Below, in pieces: positions 39,682 through 50,012 of a DNA stretch of 64,000 bases. How positions within the stretch are numbered: the stretch's first letter is position 1; every line of letters starts with the position of its first letter. The stretch lies in contig JACQQD010000003.1 of assembly GCA_016207165.1 (NCBI GenBank), positions 47,343 to 111,342 of the forward strand, written 5' to 3'. Origin of the DNA: Candidatus Micrarchaeota archaeon. Its GTDB lineage: Archaea > Micrarchaeota > Micrarchaeia > Norongarragalinales > Norongarragalinaceae. The notes under the pieces were generated by a model, which was not told the origin of the DNA, ran no database searches, and saw only the letters and a list, made by a program, of their open reading frames with translations. A program made the position numbers and the translations under genes.

Positions 39682-39900
39682 ATGAACGCGTTCATCAAGA
39701 CGTTTGGCTGCACCTACAACCACGCCGACTCCGACGACCCGGCGGCCCAACAAGGCATTTTGTGCCGGTCCAACGGCTACCGGCCCATCATCCTGGAAAA
39801 CGCGGAAATCGGGCGAACCCACTCCGTCCGAATTCAGCAGGCGGGCACCGCGTATTTGAAGGCGTACAACCCAGAACAATCCATTGTAGCGAGGTTCTAG
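39682..39900 (+). pseudogene. Internally deleted MiaB/MtaB-type tRNA methylthiotransferase remnant
   Basis: N-terminus IKTFGCTYNHADS joined directly to a TRAM-like tail RSNGYRPIIL...G....VRI..AG..YL; radical SAM core absent. Confidence 0.7.
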
Positions 39901-39907
39901 TTTTTGC

Positions 39908-40258
39908 ATGCATGAAATAATTCGAGGAATCCGCGAAAACCTCCATGTAACGGACACCAAAAAACCAGTCCTCATTAGAATGCGCACAAACGGACCGCAC
40001 CTGGAGGTGCATTACGCCTCCAAGGAACACTACAAAGAAGACGAAGAACGCATCCGAGCCATCGCGGAAAAACATGGTTTTAGAGTCGACATCACTCGAA
40101 GTGGCACGAACATTCGCCGCATTCAGTTGCCGCCGGAAGAATTGGAGGAATGGCACCGGGAACGGGTTCGGTTAAAAAACATGGCCAAAATACCGCCCGG
40201 CGAACAAGGAAAGCGCATGGCGGAAATCCTGGAAAGCCTCAAAGACGCCGAAAAATGA
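39908..40258 (+). CDS. Hypothetical orphan protein
   Basis: 116 aa, charged; no motif. Confidence 0.6.
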   Translation: MHEIIRGIRENLHVTDTKKPVLIRMRTNGPHLEVHYASKEHYKEDEERIRAIAEKHGFRVDITRSGTNIRRIQLPPEELEEWHRERVRLKNMAKIPPGEQGKRMAEILESLKDAEK

Positions 40259-40301
40259 ATTCCGAAAGCGTTTAAATCAAACGCCCGTCAACAAGAAAAC
40301 C

Positions 40302-41060
40302 ATGCCCAAGGCGTACCTGGACAAGATCTTCGGCCACACGCTGGACGCCTACCGCAAAAACGGCAAACTCATCCTGTTTTTCTCCGTGCCGTTTCTCGTC
40401 GTCATACCCCTCTTGTTCTTCCTGCCGAACTTCGCGTCCTTGGGCGGATTGTTTCTACGGTTTGACAGCGTTCCGGCCAACGTGGACTTCTCGCAGTTTG
40501 GCTTCATCGCCGCCGTCTACCTGGCATCGCTTCTATTGGCCTCGTTTGCCATTTCCGCCATCAACATCGTTTTGCGCTCCCAGCGCACCCTGACGCGCCT
40601 GACGCATTTCGAGGTCCAACGCATCGAGCACGCCACCTTCAAATTGTTCTTCGTGTTTCTCACGGCCAGCGTCGTGATCTTGGCTGCCAACGTGCTTTTG
40701 CTGAACAGCCAAATCCAGTTCAACGGTGGCCCCCTGCCCCTGCAGCCGCTCTTGGGAAGCCTCATTGCGTTCCTGGTTTCCGGAGCGGTATTGTTTGCCC
40801 CCCAAGCCATAACCGTGGACGACGCCCCGCTTTCCGAAGCCGTGGTGCGCAGCACCCGATTCATGTTCCGCAAACCCTTCCTATTTCTATCGTTCCTCGT
40901 CGTCGCGTCCATCCTGCTTTTGGCCAACGACGCCCTGTTTTTGGCGGTAACGCCGGATGGCTCTCGCCTGGCGACGTTGTTGGTCAACGGCTTTCTCATC
41001 GTCCCCTTCCTGGAAGTCATGAAGACGCACGTCTACCTCTCCAAATACGAGTTGATTTGA
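40302..41060 (+). CDS. Multi-pass membrane protein
   Basis: About six TM segments. Confidence 0.8.
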   Translation: MPKAYLDKIFGHTLDAYRKNGKLILFFSVPFLVVIPLLFFLPNFASLGGLFLRFDSVPANVDFSQFGFIAAVYLASLLLASFAISAINIVLRSQRTLTRLTHFEVQRIEHATFKLFFVFLTASVVILAANVLLLNSQIQFNGGPLPLQPLLGSLIAFLVSGAVLFAPQAITVDDAPLSEAVVRSTRFMFRKPFLFLSFLVVASILLLANDALFLAVTPDGSRLATLLVNGFLIVPFLEVMKTHVYLSKYELI

Positions 41061-41064
41061 ACGC

Positions 41065-41517
41065 GTGCCCCAACGACTAAAGGAAATGCATAGAGAACTC
41101 TTGGAACGCGGATACACGTTGGTTAAAGATCGGGGTACCCTGCGATACGTCGCGAAACCAGCAAAAGCGGAACACCCGCGCCGAGAACTGGTCTTAAACA
41201 TTAAACCGAACCTCGTCGAAGAAGGAAGCACGATTCCGGAACCCAACCGGCCATTCATGATGGAAATTGAACTAACCAACGGCACCCACGTTCAACACCG
41301 CGAACTGAGCCGCGAAGCGGAAGAAGACATTGAAGCCACCCTGCCCAGGAAAATAAGCCTGTCCTACCGAAAAATCGGAGGTCGTCTCAAAGACCACGTA
41401 CGTGAAGCGGAAAAAGACATGGAGATAAAATACGGGTTCGAGGGACTTGCTCGATCCATTGCGCTAAGCCAAGCCGTATACCATTGGCTAACGGAAAAAA
41501 AAGAATCCGGCTCATAA
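41065..41517 (+). CDS. Hypothetical orphan protein
   Basis: 150 aa, fills the gap, more A-rich than its neighbours. Confidence 0.6.
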   Translation: MPQRLKEMHRELLERGYTLVKDRGTLRYVAKPAKAEHPRRELVLNIKPNLVEEGSTIPEPNRPFMMEIELTNGTHVQHRELSREAEEDIEATLPRKISLSYRKIGGRLKDHVREAEKDMEIKYGFEGLARSIALSQAVYHWLTEKKESGS

Positions 41518-41543
41518 CGCTTTAAACCCTAAAAAACCAAGTA

Positions 41544-43613
41544 ATGCGGTTCATGACGATCCTCATCATCAGCGAAAAGCCGTCCGCCGCCCGAAAAATC
41601 GCTTCGGCTCTTTCCAACGGCAAAGCCAAAACCAAGGGAGCCGGCAAAGTCAAGTACCACGAATTTGAACTGGACGGCCAAACCGTGCAAGTCGCCGCCT
41701 CGGTGGGCCACGTGTACGGCATCCGCTCTACCCAAAAAGGAAACGACTACCCCGTTTTCGACATCCAATGGAGTCCAAGCCACGAAATCGAGAAAAACGC
41801 TTCGTACACCAAAGACTACCTCAACGTCATGCGGCAATTAGCCAAGACCGCCGACGAAGTCGTCAACGCGTGCGACTACGATTTTGAAGGCGAACTCATC
41901 GGCGCCAAAATCATTGAATTCAACGCCCCAAAAAAGAAGAAAACCCGCATGAAGTTCTCCACGCTGACGGCCAAGGAACTTCAAAACGCCTTCCAGGCCC
42001 GCGGCCCACCCAACACGGGATTGGCGCAAGCCGGCGAAACACGCCACGAACTGGATTGGCTGTGGGGCATCAACGGATCCAGAGCCTTGATGGCCGCCAT
42101 CAAGAAAGCCGGCATCTTCCGCATCCTAAGCATCGGACGCGTGCAAGGCCCGGCGCTAGCCGTGCTGGCGCAACGCGAACGCGAAATTTCAGCCTTCATC
42201 TCCAAACCATTCTGGCAATTGTTCGCCCACGTCGAGAAAGCCACGTTCGAGCACGTGCACGGAAAATTCTTTGAAGAAAAAAAAGCCGACGAAGCACTGG
42301 CCCAATCGGACAAGAACGGAACCGTCACGTCGGTAGAACAACGCAAAGTCAAACAACGCCCCCCACCCCCATTTGACCTCACCAGCCTCCAACTGGAGGC
42401 GTACCGCTGCTTCGGTTTCACGCCCACTCAAACCCTGCAACTCGCCCAAGACTTGTACTCGGAAGCCTGGATCAGTTACCCCAGAACCTCGTCCCAAAAA
42501 CTTCCGGAAACCCTGGGGTTGGACGCCATCATCTTCTCCTTAACCAAACAAGCCGCCTACCAGAAAAGCGCGCAAAGCCTCGTGGACGCCAAACGCTTTG
42601 CACCCGCCGAAGGCCCAAAAGAGGACCCGGCGCATCCCGCCATCCACCCCACCGGCGAAGCGCCTTTCAAACTCAACCCCCAACAACAAAAACTCTACGA
42701 CCTCATCACCAAACGCTTTCTTTCGTGTTTCGCCGAGGAAGCCAAACGCATCAAAATGCACGTCGTCCTGACGCTGGGCAAAGAAGACTTCCAAGCCGAC
42801 GGAGCCCACACCGTTCATTCCGGGTGGCATTCCATCTACGCGCCGTACACGAAAATCGAGGAAACCATCCTGCCGCCATTTAAAGAAGGACAAAAAGTAA
42901 CGGCCGAAGACCTCGCCAAAGTTCGCAAAGACACGCAACCCCCCAAACGCTTCACCCAAGCCTCCGTCATCAAGGCCCTGGAATCCAAAGGATTAGGCAC
43001 CAAAGCCACCCGCGCCCAAATCGTCCAAACCCTGTACAACCGAAACTACGTCTCCGGCAAAAGCATTGAAGTCACGCCCCTGGGATTGCGCGTCCAAGAA
43101 GCCCTGGAACACCACGTACCCGAAATCTTAAGCGAGGAATTCACGCGCCAAATCGAGGCGGAAATGGAGGCCATCGAAGCCGGAAAAACCGAGAAAGAAA
43201 AAGTCGTGGAAGACGGAAAAAAAGAACTCACCAAAATCCTCTCGACGTTCAAAAAGAAAGAACTCGACGTCGGCAAAGAACTCGTCTCGGCCCTGAAAGC
43301 CACGCAGTTCCAAGCCAACGTGTTGGGTGAATGCAAAAAATGCGGCAAGAACCTCGTCGTCCGAAAATCAAGGTTTGGCTTCTTCGTCGGTTGCCTCGGC
43401 TATCCGGCATGCAAGACCGTGTACCCGCTTCCCAAAGAATCCTCGGTGAAAGCCCTCCGCAAAACCTGCGAAAAATGCGGCACCCCCCAAGTCTCCGTCC
43501 ACCGCAAAAGCAAGAAAACATTTTCCATGTGCCTGGACCCCCAATGCGAAACCAAAGCCAACTGGGGAAAACCCAAACCGCCCAGCGCCGCTGAAAAAAC
43601 TTCCACCGCGTGA
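41544..43613 (+). CDS. topA: Type IA DNA topoisomerase
   Basis: ISEKP, DYDFEGE, SIGRVQ, ISYPRT, HPAIHPT, GLGTKATR, C-terminal Zn ribbons. Confidence 0.96.
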   Translation: MRFMTILIISEKPSAARKIASALSNGKAKTKGAGKVKYHEFELDGQTVQVAASVGHVYGIRSTQKGNDYPVFDIQWSPSHEIEKNASYTKDYLNVMRQLAKTADEVVNACDYDFEGELIGAKIIEFNAPKKKKTRMKFSTLTAKELQNAFQARGPPNTGLAQAGETRHELDWLWGINGSRALMAAIKKAGIFRILSIGRVQGPALAVLAQREREISAFISKPFWQLFAHVEKATFEHVHGKFFEEKKADEALAQSDKNGTVTSVEQRKVKQRPPPPFDLTSLQLEAYRCFGFTPTQTLQLAQDLYSEAWISYPRTSSQKLPETLGLDAIIFSLTKQAAYQKSAQSLVDAKRFAPAEGPKEDPAHPAIHPTGEAPFKLNPQQQKLYDLITKRFLSCFAEEAKRIKMHVVLTLGKEDFQADGAHTVHSGWHSIYAPYTKIEETILPPFKEGQKVTAEDLAKVRKDTQPPKRFTQASVIKALESKGLGTKATRAQIVQTLYNRNYVSGKSIEVTPLGLRVQEALEHHVPEILSEEFTRQIEAEMEAIEAGKTEKEKVVEDGKKELTKILSTFKKKELDVGKELVSALKATQFQANVLGECKKCGKNLVVRKSRFGFFVGCLGYPACKTVYPLPKESSVKALRKTCEKCGTPQVSVHRKSKKTFSMCLDPQCETKANWGKPKPPSAAEKTSTA

Positions 43614-43623
43614 AAAACGTTCC

Positions 43624-44247
43624 ATGGCGTCCCCCGAACTCCTCGCACTCATCGCGTACGGCGCCAGCTTGGGATTAACCGGCGCATTGACCCCCGGACC
43701 ACTGTCCACCGTCATGGTCTCGGAAACCATGGCGCACGGGAAACTTCGCGGCGCGTTATTTGCCTTGGCGCCCCTGCTCACCGACCTGCCCGTCTTGCTG
43801 GCATTCGTCATCGGATTCACCGTCCTTCAAAACGGCATCATGCTTTGGGCCGCAGGCTTTTTGGGCGGCGCATACCTCGTCTACCTCGGCGTCCGCCAAA
43901 TCACGGAAAAACAAAATGCCACAAAAAACCAGGCCGGCAAGAAATCGGCGCTCCGAAAAGCCTTGACCGTCAACGCCGCGAACCCCAACCTCTACATCTT
44001 CATGGGCTCCGTCATGGCCCCCCAAATCGTGCAAGATATCCACGACCCGCTTCTTTCCGCCGCCTTCTTTGCCTCCTTCCTCCTGTTCCTCGTCGGCGGC
44101 AACCTGGGCGTGGTGGTAGCCGTTGACCGCGGCAGAACGTTCTTCGAAAGCCAGAACTACCGGTTCATCCTTCAAGCCCTCGGCGTGCTCCTCGTTTTTT
44201 TCGGCGGCAGGTTATTGTACGCCGCCCTCCAACAGGTCTTTCCATGA
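43624..44247 (+). CDS. LysE family translocator
   Basis: TPGPL, GGAYLVYLG, NAANP motifs. Confidence 0.88.
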   Translation: MASPELLALIAYGASLGLTGALTPGPLSTVMVSETMAHGKLRGALFALAPLLTDLPVLLAFVIGFTVLQNGIMLWAAGFLGGAYLVYLGVRQITEKQNATKNQAGKKSALRKALTVNAANPNLYIFMGSVMAPQIVQDIHDPLLSAAFFASFLLFLVGGNLGVVVAVDRGRTFFESQNYRFILQALGVLLVFFGGRLLYAALQQVFP

Positions 44248-44990
44248 AAATCACGGTGGACCTGCGCAAAAGCGTGCACGAAAACGCGGCGGCTTATTTT
44301 GAAGAAGCCAAGAAATGGGAGAGAAAAGCCGAAGGCGCCAGAAAAGCCATCGCGGCATTCGAACAGAAAAACATCCACGCCAAATCCAAGCCAAAACAGG
44401 CCTCGTCCAAGAAAACCAAGGCCAAGTGGTTTGACGGTTACCACTACACCACCACGAAAAACGGCTTTTTGGTCGTAGCCGGAAAAAACGCCAAGCAAAA
44501 CGACGAACTGTACTCCAAACACCTCAAGGACGGCGACCTATTCTTTCACGCCGACGTCATCGGCGCGCCCACCACCCTGGTCAAGTCCGGCGGCAAACCC
44601 GTTCCAAAAGAAGACCAAGAACAAGCCGCCCAAATCGCCGCTTCCTACTCCAGAGCCTGGAAACAGGAATGGAACACCGTGGACGTGTACGCCGTACAAC
44701 CCAGCCAAGTCACCAAGTACAGCCAAGGTGAATTCGTGGGAAAAGGCGCATTTCTCATCTCCGGCAAACGCGAGTGGTTCCGCAACACCGAATTGAAGTT
44801 GTACCTGTCGCACGACGAAGAAGGCGTCCACGTGCACGCCGTCCACCACGCCCCAAAACCCGAAAACGCCGTTTTGATCCAACCCGGCCGAACGCCAAAA
44901 GAACAAGCCGCCAAAACACTCTCCAAGAAATGGGGCGTGCGGGAAGAAGACCTCCTCGGCGTCCTTCCCGGCGACGTGGCACGCATTTAA
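44244..44990 (+). CDS. NFACT-R (DUF814) RNA-binding domain protein
   Basis: ENAAAYFE..KK, AGKNAKQND, FHADVIGAP, YSRAW, GAFLISGKR. Confidence 0.88.
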   Translation: MKITVDLRKSVHENAAAYFEEAKKWERKAEGARKAIAAFEQKNIHAKSKPKQASSKKTKAKWFDGYHYTTTKNGFLVVAGKNAKQNDELYSKHLKDGDLFFHADVIGAPTTLVKSGGKPVPKEDQEQAAQIAASYSRAWKQEWNTVDVYAVQPSQVTKYSQGEFVGKGAFLISGKREWFRNTELKLYLSHDEEGVHVHAVHHAPKPENAVLIQPGRTPKEQAAKTLSKKWGVREEDLLGVLPGDVARI

Positions 44991-45047
44991 ACCGAAAAAA
45001 ACCAAGACAAGTCAGTGGCCGAAAACAATGGAGTGAATTTCTGACGC

Positions 45048-45974
45048 ATGGTCCTTGAATTTCTGCTCGTCATCTTGGGTTTGGTCCTCTTTGAAACCGT
45101 GTCCAGCGTCGACAACGCCGTGATCAACGCCGAAGTTCTTTCCAAAATGTCGGAACGCGCGCGCCGGTGGTTCCTCATCTGGGGCCTGCTGGCCGCCGTC
45201 TTTCTCTTGCGCGGCGTGCTTCCCTGGCTGATTGTCTGGGCCGCCAACCCGTCTCTTGGACCTGTGGAAGCGCTTTTGTCCACATTGTCCGACGACCCGC
45301 ACGTCGTTCAGGCCGTGGAAGCCTCGGCACCCGTTCTGCTTGTAGGCGGCGGCGTGTTTTTGATGTTTTTGTTCCTGCACTGGCTGTTTTTGGAAAAGAA
45401 AAACTTCGGATTGTACGGAGAAAAGTTCTTCCAAAAGCAAGGCGTCTGGTTTTACGCCGTCGTCTCCGTGTTTCTGGCGGCCGTGATTTGGTTCTCGCTT
45501 CAAATCAACCCCGTCATGGCGTTTAGCGCCGCCATCGGCTCGACCGTGTTTTTCATCACGCACGGCTTCAAGCAGAACGCCGAAGAAAAAGAGCGGGAGC
45601 TTTTGGAAGGAAAACACTCCAGCGCCTCGGATTGGAGCAAGATTTTCTACTTGGAGGCCATCGACGCCTCCTTTAGCATAGACGGCGTGGTTGGAGCATT
45701 TGCCTTCACGTTGAGCGTGCCCCTCATCCTGATTGGCAACGGCATCGGCGCGTTCGTGGTAAGGGAAATGACGATCCGCAACATTGAAACCGTGAAAAAA
45801 TACGTCTACCTCAAAAACGGCGCCATGTACTCTATCTTCTTCTTGGGCGCCATCATGCTTCTGGACGCCTTCGGCTACCACATCCCCGCCTGGCTCTCGC
45901 CGGTCATCACCTTCTTTACCATCGGCTACTTCTTTTTGAAATCCAAGACGGAACTCAAGGCCGCCGCGCATTAA
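45048..45974 (+). CDS. DUF475/TerC-family membrane protein
   Basis: SSVDNAVINA, LEAIDASFSIDGVVGAFA, YLKNGAMYSI. Confidence 0.88.
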   Translation: MVLEFLLVILGLVLFETVSSVDNAVINAEVLSKMSERARRWFLIWGLLAAVFLLRGVLPWLIVWAANPSLGPVEALLSTLSDDPHVVQAVEASAPVLLVGGGVFLMFLFLHWLFLEKKNFGLYGEKFFQKQGVWFYAVVSVFLAAVIWFSLQINPVMAFSAAIGSTVFFITHGFKQNAEEKERELLEGKHSSASDWSKIFYLEAIDASFSIDGVVGAFAFTLSVPLILIGNGIGAFVVREMTIRNIETVKKYVYLKNGAMYSIFFLGAIMLLDAFGYHIPAWLSPVITFFTIGYFFLKSKTELKAAAH

Positions 45975-46018
45975 ACCCAATTCTTTTTAAGCGGTTCAAC
46001 CGTTTCTTGAATCCACAC

Positions 46019-46579
46019 ATGAAAACGGTTCTTTTCGCGCTCTTGACTTCCCTGCTGCTTCTCGGCTGCGTCCAGCAGAACCCAACGGCCACTTCGGCCC
46101 CAGTCATCGACACCCAGGACTCCGACGCGGCCATCAACGACGCCAGAGAAACCGGAGAGGAACTGGACCAAACCGGCGACATCCCTGCTGCCGAAAACGC
46201 GGATCCGACCCCCAAAGCAACGACAAGCCTCGGCGGAGGATTTTACGAACCATTCACCAAGATCCGGTACGAACAAGCCCGAACCGAAGGCAAAACCGTC
46301 TTCCTGGAATTCTACGCCAACTGGTGCCCCATCTGCAAACAGCAAGAGCCCCACATCGAAGCGGCATTCCAGGAAATCACGGACGAATCCGTGATTGGAT
46401 TCCGCGTCAACTACAACGACGATGACACGGATGACGACGAACGACAACTGGCGCGGCAATTCGGAGTTTCCTATCAACACACCCACGTGATCTTGGACTC
46501 CCAGGGAAACGTAAAAACAAAGTCGCTTGAACTCTGGGACAAAAACCGCGTCCTCGAAGAAATCCGAAAGGCGGCGTGA
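46019..46579 (+). CDS. Thioredoxin-family lipoprotein
   Basis: LLGC lipobox; FYANWCPIC. Confidence 0.85.
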   Translation: MKTVLFALLTSLLLLGCVQQNPTATSAPVIDTQDSDAAINDARETGEELDQTGDIPAAENADPTPKATTSLGGGFYEPFTKIRYEQARTEGKTVFLEFYANWCPICKQQEPHIEAAFQEITDESVIGFRVNYNDDDTDDDERQLARQFGVSYQHTHVILDSQGNVKTKSLELWDKNRVLEEIRKAA

Positions 46580-46586
46580 CCTCACC

Positions 46587-47315
46587 ATGGCGGAAGTCAC
46601 CTTGTTGCTGGCATTCGCGGCGGGCCTCATCTCGTTTCTGAGTCCCTGCGTTCTGCCGTTGATTCCCGCGTTTTTGACGTATTTGGCCGGCTCTTCCTCC
46701 AATGAACTCCAGAAAAACCCAAGCCAAGCCAAAAAAAAGATCTTCTTTTCCAGCGTCTTTTTCGTCCTCGGGTTCTCCGTCGTATTTTCTTTACTAGGCG
46801 TGCTGCTTCAAAGCGTCCTGAGCGGAGTCGCCTTTGACTTGCGCACGTACTTGGGTTACCTCGGCGGCGCGTTCATCATCTTCTTCGGATTGACGCTCAC
46901 GGGCTTGATCCAAATTGACTTCCTCCAAAAAGACCACAAATTCGACGTCCAAAAAACCAGGCATTCGTACCCCACGTCGTTTTTGTTCGGCGCCGCGTTC
47001 GCCGTGGGCTGGACGCCCTGCGTCGGCGCGGTGCTGGGAAGCGTCCTGACTTTGGCCGCCACGCAACCCCAGACCGCGCTTCCCTTGATGCTAGCCTATT
47101 CCCTGGGTTTGGGAATTCCATTTCTAGCCGCCGGCCTGTTTTTGTCGCGCTTGACGGGTTTCATCCAAAAAATCAGCCCCCACCTGAAAACCCTCAACAT
47201 CGTCTTCGGCATGCTTCTGATCGTCCTAGGCATCCTGGTGTTCACCAACACGTTGAACGTAGTGGCCAACTGGTTTCCCGCCCTGGGACTGGCGGAATCC
47301 CTCATGGGAAACTGA
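46587..47315 (+). CDS. ccdA: CcdA/DsbD transmembrane disulfide transporter
   Basis: SFLSPCVLPL and GWTPCVG. Confidence 0.92.
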   Translation: MAEVTLLLAFAAGLISFLSPCVLPLIPAFLTYLAGSSSNELQKNPSQAKKKIFFSSVFFVLGFSVVFSLLGVLLQSVLSGVAFDLRTYLGYLGGAFIIFFGLTLTGLIQIDFLQKDHKFDVQKTRHSYPTSFLFGAAFAVGWTPCVGAVLGSVLTLAATQPQTALPLMLAYSLGLGIPFLAAGLFLSRLTGFIQKISPHLKTLNIVFGMLLIVLGILVFTNTLNVVANWFPALGLAESLMGN

Positions 47316-47316
47316 C

Positions 47317-48384
47317 ATGATCAAAACCACGCGCCCGTTGGCCTTGGTCGCCGTCTTGGTCCTCATCGGAATCAGCCTCTTCGCCATTCAAGCCACGAAG
47401 AACACGGCATCCGCCGACATCCAGAACCAAAGCGCGTCCCATGCGTTTTTGGCCGACACGGAAAAACAAGGGTTCACGCCCGCACCGGAGTTGAACGACA
47501 TCAGCGGGTACCTCAACGCCCCAGAAAACTTTACGTTGTCCTCCGTCAAAGGAAAAGTCATCCTGGTTGACTTCTGGACGTACAGCTGCATCAACTGCAT
47601 TCGGACGCTTCCATACCTCAAGAACTGGCACGAAAAATACAAGGACCAAGGACTGGCCGTCGTGGGAGTGCACACCCCCGAATTCCAGTTCGAGAAAGAC
47701 TTGCAAAACGTGCAGGCCGCCGTCCAACAAAACGGCATTTCGTACCCCGTAGTCCTGGACAACGACTACGCCACGTGGCGCGCCTACCAAAACAATTACT
47801 GGCCCCACAAGTACCTCATCGACGCGCAAGGCTACATCCGCTACGACCACATCGGGGAAGGCGGATACGAAGAAACCGAGCGACAAATCCGGAAACTCCT
47901 CATGGAACGCGACGAACAACTCCAACTGGAGCCAACCCAAACCGCCAACGCCACGCCCCTTCCATTAGGGCAAATCGGCACCCCCGAAATCTATTTCGGC
48001 TACGACTTCATCCGCCAGCCCTTCGGCAACCTCGCGGAACTCAAAACGGAAGAACCCATCGCGTTTACGTTCAACGGCGTCGACCAATTCACTCCAAACC
48101 TGGCGTACCTGGAAGGAACCTGGGTCATCCGAAAAGACCACGCCGAACTGGTCTCCGACTCCGGACGCGTGGCGTTGGCGTTCAAAGCGAAAACCGCAAA
48201 CATCGTGGCCGGCTCCAACCCACCCCAACCCGTTACCGCGATGGTCTTTGGCTTGCCGGAAAAAACCGTGGCCATCCACCGCCAAACCCTGTACCCCGTA
48301 GCGGAAACACCGGACTACGAACAAAAAACCCTGGTTCTAACGGCTTCCAAAGGCTTTCAGTTGTACACGTTCACGTTCGGCTAA
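47317..48384 (+). CDS. DipZ-like redoxin
   Basis: DFWTYSCINC, GVHTPEF, YWP, GEGGY, TPEIY, YTFTFG. Confidence 0.88.
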   Translation: MIKTTRPLALVAVLVLIGISLFAIQATKNTASADIQNQSASHAFLADTEKQGFTPAPELNDISGYLNAPENFTLSSVKGKVILVDFWTYSCINCIRTLPYLKNWHEKYKDQGLAVVGVHTPEFQFEKDLQNVQAAVQQNGISYPVVLDNDYATWRAYQNNYWPHKYLIDAQGYIRYDHIGEGGYEETERQIRKLLMERDEQLQLEPTQTANATPLPLGQIGTPEIYFGYDFIRQPFGNLAELKTEEPIAFTFNGVDQFTPNLAYLEGTWVIRKDHAELVSDSGRVALAFKAKTANIVAGSNPPQPVTAMVFGLPEKTVAIHRQTLYPVAETPDYEQKTLVLTASKGFQLYTFTFG

Positions 48385-48779
48385 CCGAACTTCTCGTCCA
48401 ATTTCTCGCCCAAATACTTGTACGTCGCCGACTTGATGGCCTTCAAACTCAACAAAGCACACTTGGTTCTGGCAGGACTGACTGGCACGCCCAACAACTT
48501 GAACACGTCATCCCGTGAAACCTTCTTGACGTCGTCCAACGACATGCCCTTGACATGGTCCGTCAACAACGACGTGGCGGCCGTGGAAATGGCGCACCCA
48601 ATGCCGTCAAACTTAACGTCCTGGATTTTATTGTTTGAAATTTTCAAGAAAACCTCGATTTCGTCGGCGCACAACGGATTGGCGTCTTTGACCGACGTGT
48701 CCGCGTCACTCAACCGCCCCTTGTTGTGCGGATGCTTGTAATGCTCCAAAATCTGCTCCCGGTACATCTCCAAACTCAT
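48381..48779 (-). CDS. sufU: SufU/IscU scaffold protein
   Basis: NPLCAD, GCAIS, RTKCALL. Confidence 0.9.
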   Translation of the reverse strand: MSLEMYREQILEHYKHPHNKGRLSDADTSVKDANPLCADEIEVFLKISNNKIQDVKFDGIGCAISTAATSLLTDHVKGMSLDDVKKVSRDDVFKLLGVPVSPARTKCALLSLKAIKSATYKYLGEKLDEKFG

Positions 48780-48802
48780 ATGGGAAACCATCCACTACGC
48801 GG

Positions 48803-49999
48803 TTAGGCAAAAACCATTTGCGCCTGTTTGACGGCGTCGGCCAACCGGTGGCACTCGTCTTCCGTATTGTACAAGTAAAAACTCGCCCGCGTCGCTCCCG
48901 CGATGTTCAAACGGTCCATCAACACTTGCGCGCAGTGGTTGCCGGAACGAACCGCGATGGCGTTCGCGTCCAAAATGCTTCCCACGTCGTGCGTGTGCGC
49001 GCCAGCTAAGTTAAAGGACACAATCGGCGTGCGCGCCTTGGCAGAACCGTATACGGTGACGCCCGGAACATCGGAGAGCAAGTCCAACGTCGTTTTGAGG
49101 AGTTTTTCCTCGTGCTTCTGAATCGAAGAAAAGCCAACGCGTTGCAGGTAGTCAACGGCTCTGCTCAAACCGATGGCGTCCGCGGCGTTGGGGGTTCCCG
49201 CCTCGAACTTGGCCGGCAGTTCCGCCCACGTGGTCCCCTCTTTTTTCACTTTGGAAATCATGCTTCCCCCAAACAAGAAAGGCGGCATTTCTTCCAGCAC
49301 GCTTTTCTTGCCCCACAAAACCCCGGCGCCCATGGGGCCGCACATCTTGTGCCCCGAAAACGCGTAAAAATCGGCGTCGAAAACGTCCACCAAGCCATGT
49401 GGGGCGCCGGCGGCGCCATCCACCACCACCAACGCGCCTTGCTTCCTGGCTTTCTTCGTCCACGCCTTCACGTCGTTGACCGTGCCCAGGACGTTTGAAA
49501 CCTGGGCAAACGAAAACACGCGCGTCGCTTCGGGAAATTCAAACGAGTCATCCAATTCGCCTTGGTCTGTGACCGGCACGAACTCCAGTTTCGCGCCCGC
49601 TTCCCTGGCCACCTGCTGCCAGGGCACCAAATTAGAGTGGTGATCCATTTCCGTGACTACCACCACATCCCCTTTCCGAAGGTTGTGCCGGCCCCACGCC
49701 TGGGCCACCAAATTCAGGGACTCCGTCGCATTGCGCGTGAAGATGACTTCCTCGGCTTTGGCCTTCAAAAACGAGGCGACTTTTTCGCGCGCGGCCTCAA
49801 ACAATTGCGTGGCCTCCATGCTCAACGAAGAAACGCTTCGGTGCACGTTGGAGTACGACGCCGAATAAAAATCGGAAACCGCTTGAATGACGGATTCGGG
49901 TTTCTGCGTTGACGCCGCATTGTCCAAGTACGCCAACGGCTTGCCGTTAAACGTGCGCCGCAATACCGGAAAATCCATTCGGAGGGCATCAACGTCCAT
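48803..49999 (-). CDS. sufS: Cysteine desulfurase
   Basis: YLDNAAS, HHSN, SGHKM, FEAGTP, RSGNHCA. Confidence 0.95.
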   Translation of the reverse strand: MDVDALRMDFPVLRRTFNGKPLAYLDNAASTQKPESVIQAVSDFYSASYSNVHRSVSSLSMEATQLFEAAREKVASFLKAKAEEVIFTRNATESLNLVAQAWGRHNLRKGDVVVVTEMDHHSNLVPWQQVAREAGAKLEFVPVTDQGELDDSFEFPEATRVFSFAQVSNVLGTVNDVKAWTKKARKQGALVVVDGAAGAPHGLVDVFDADFYAFSGHKMCGPMGAGVLWGKKSVLEEMPPFLFGGSMISKVKKEGTTWAELPAKFEAGTPNAADAIGLSRAVDYLQRVGFSSIQKHEEKLLKTTLDLLSDVPGVTVYGSAKARTPIVSFNLAGAHTHDVGSILDANAIAVRSGNHCAQVLMDRLNIAGATRASFYLYNTEDECHRLADAVKQAQMVFA

Positions 50000-50012
50000 G
50001 GAAGTAAATCGC

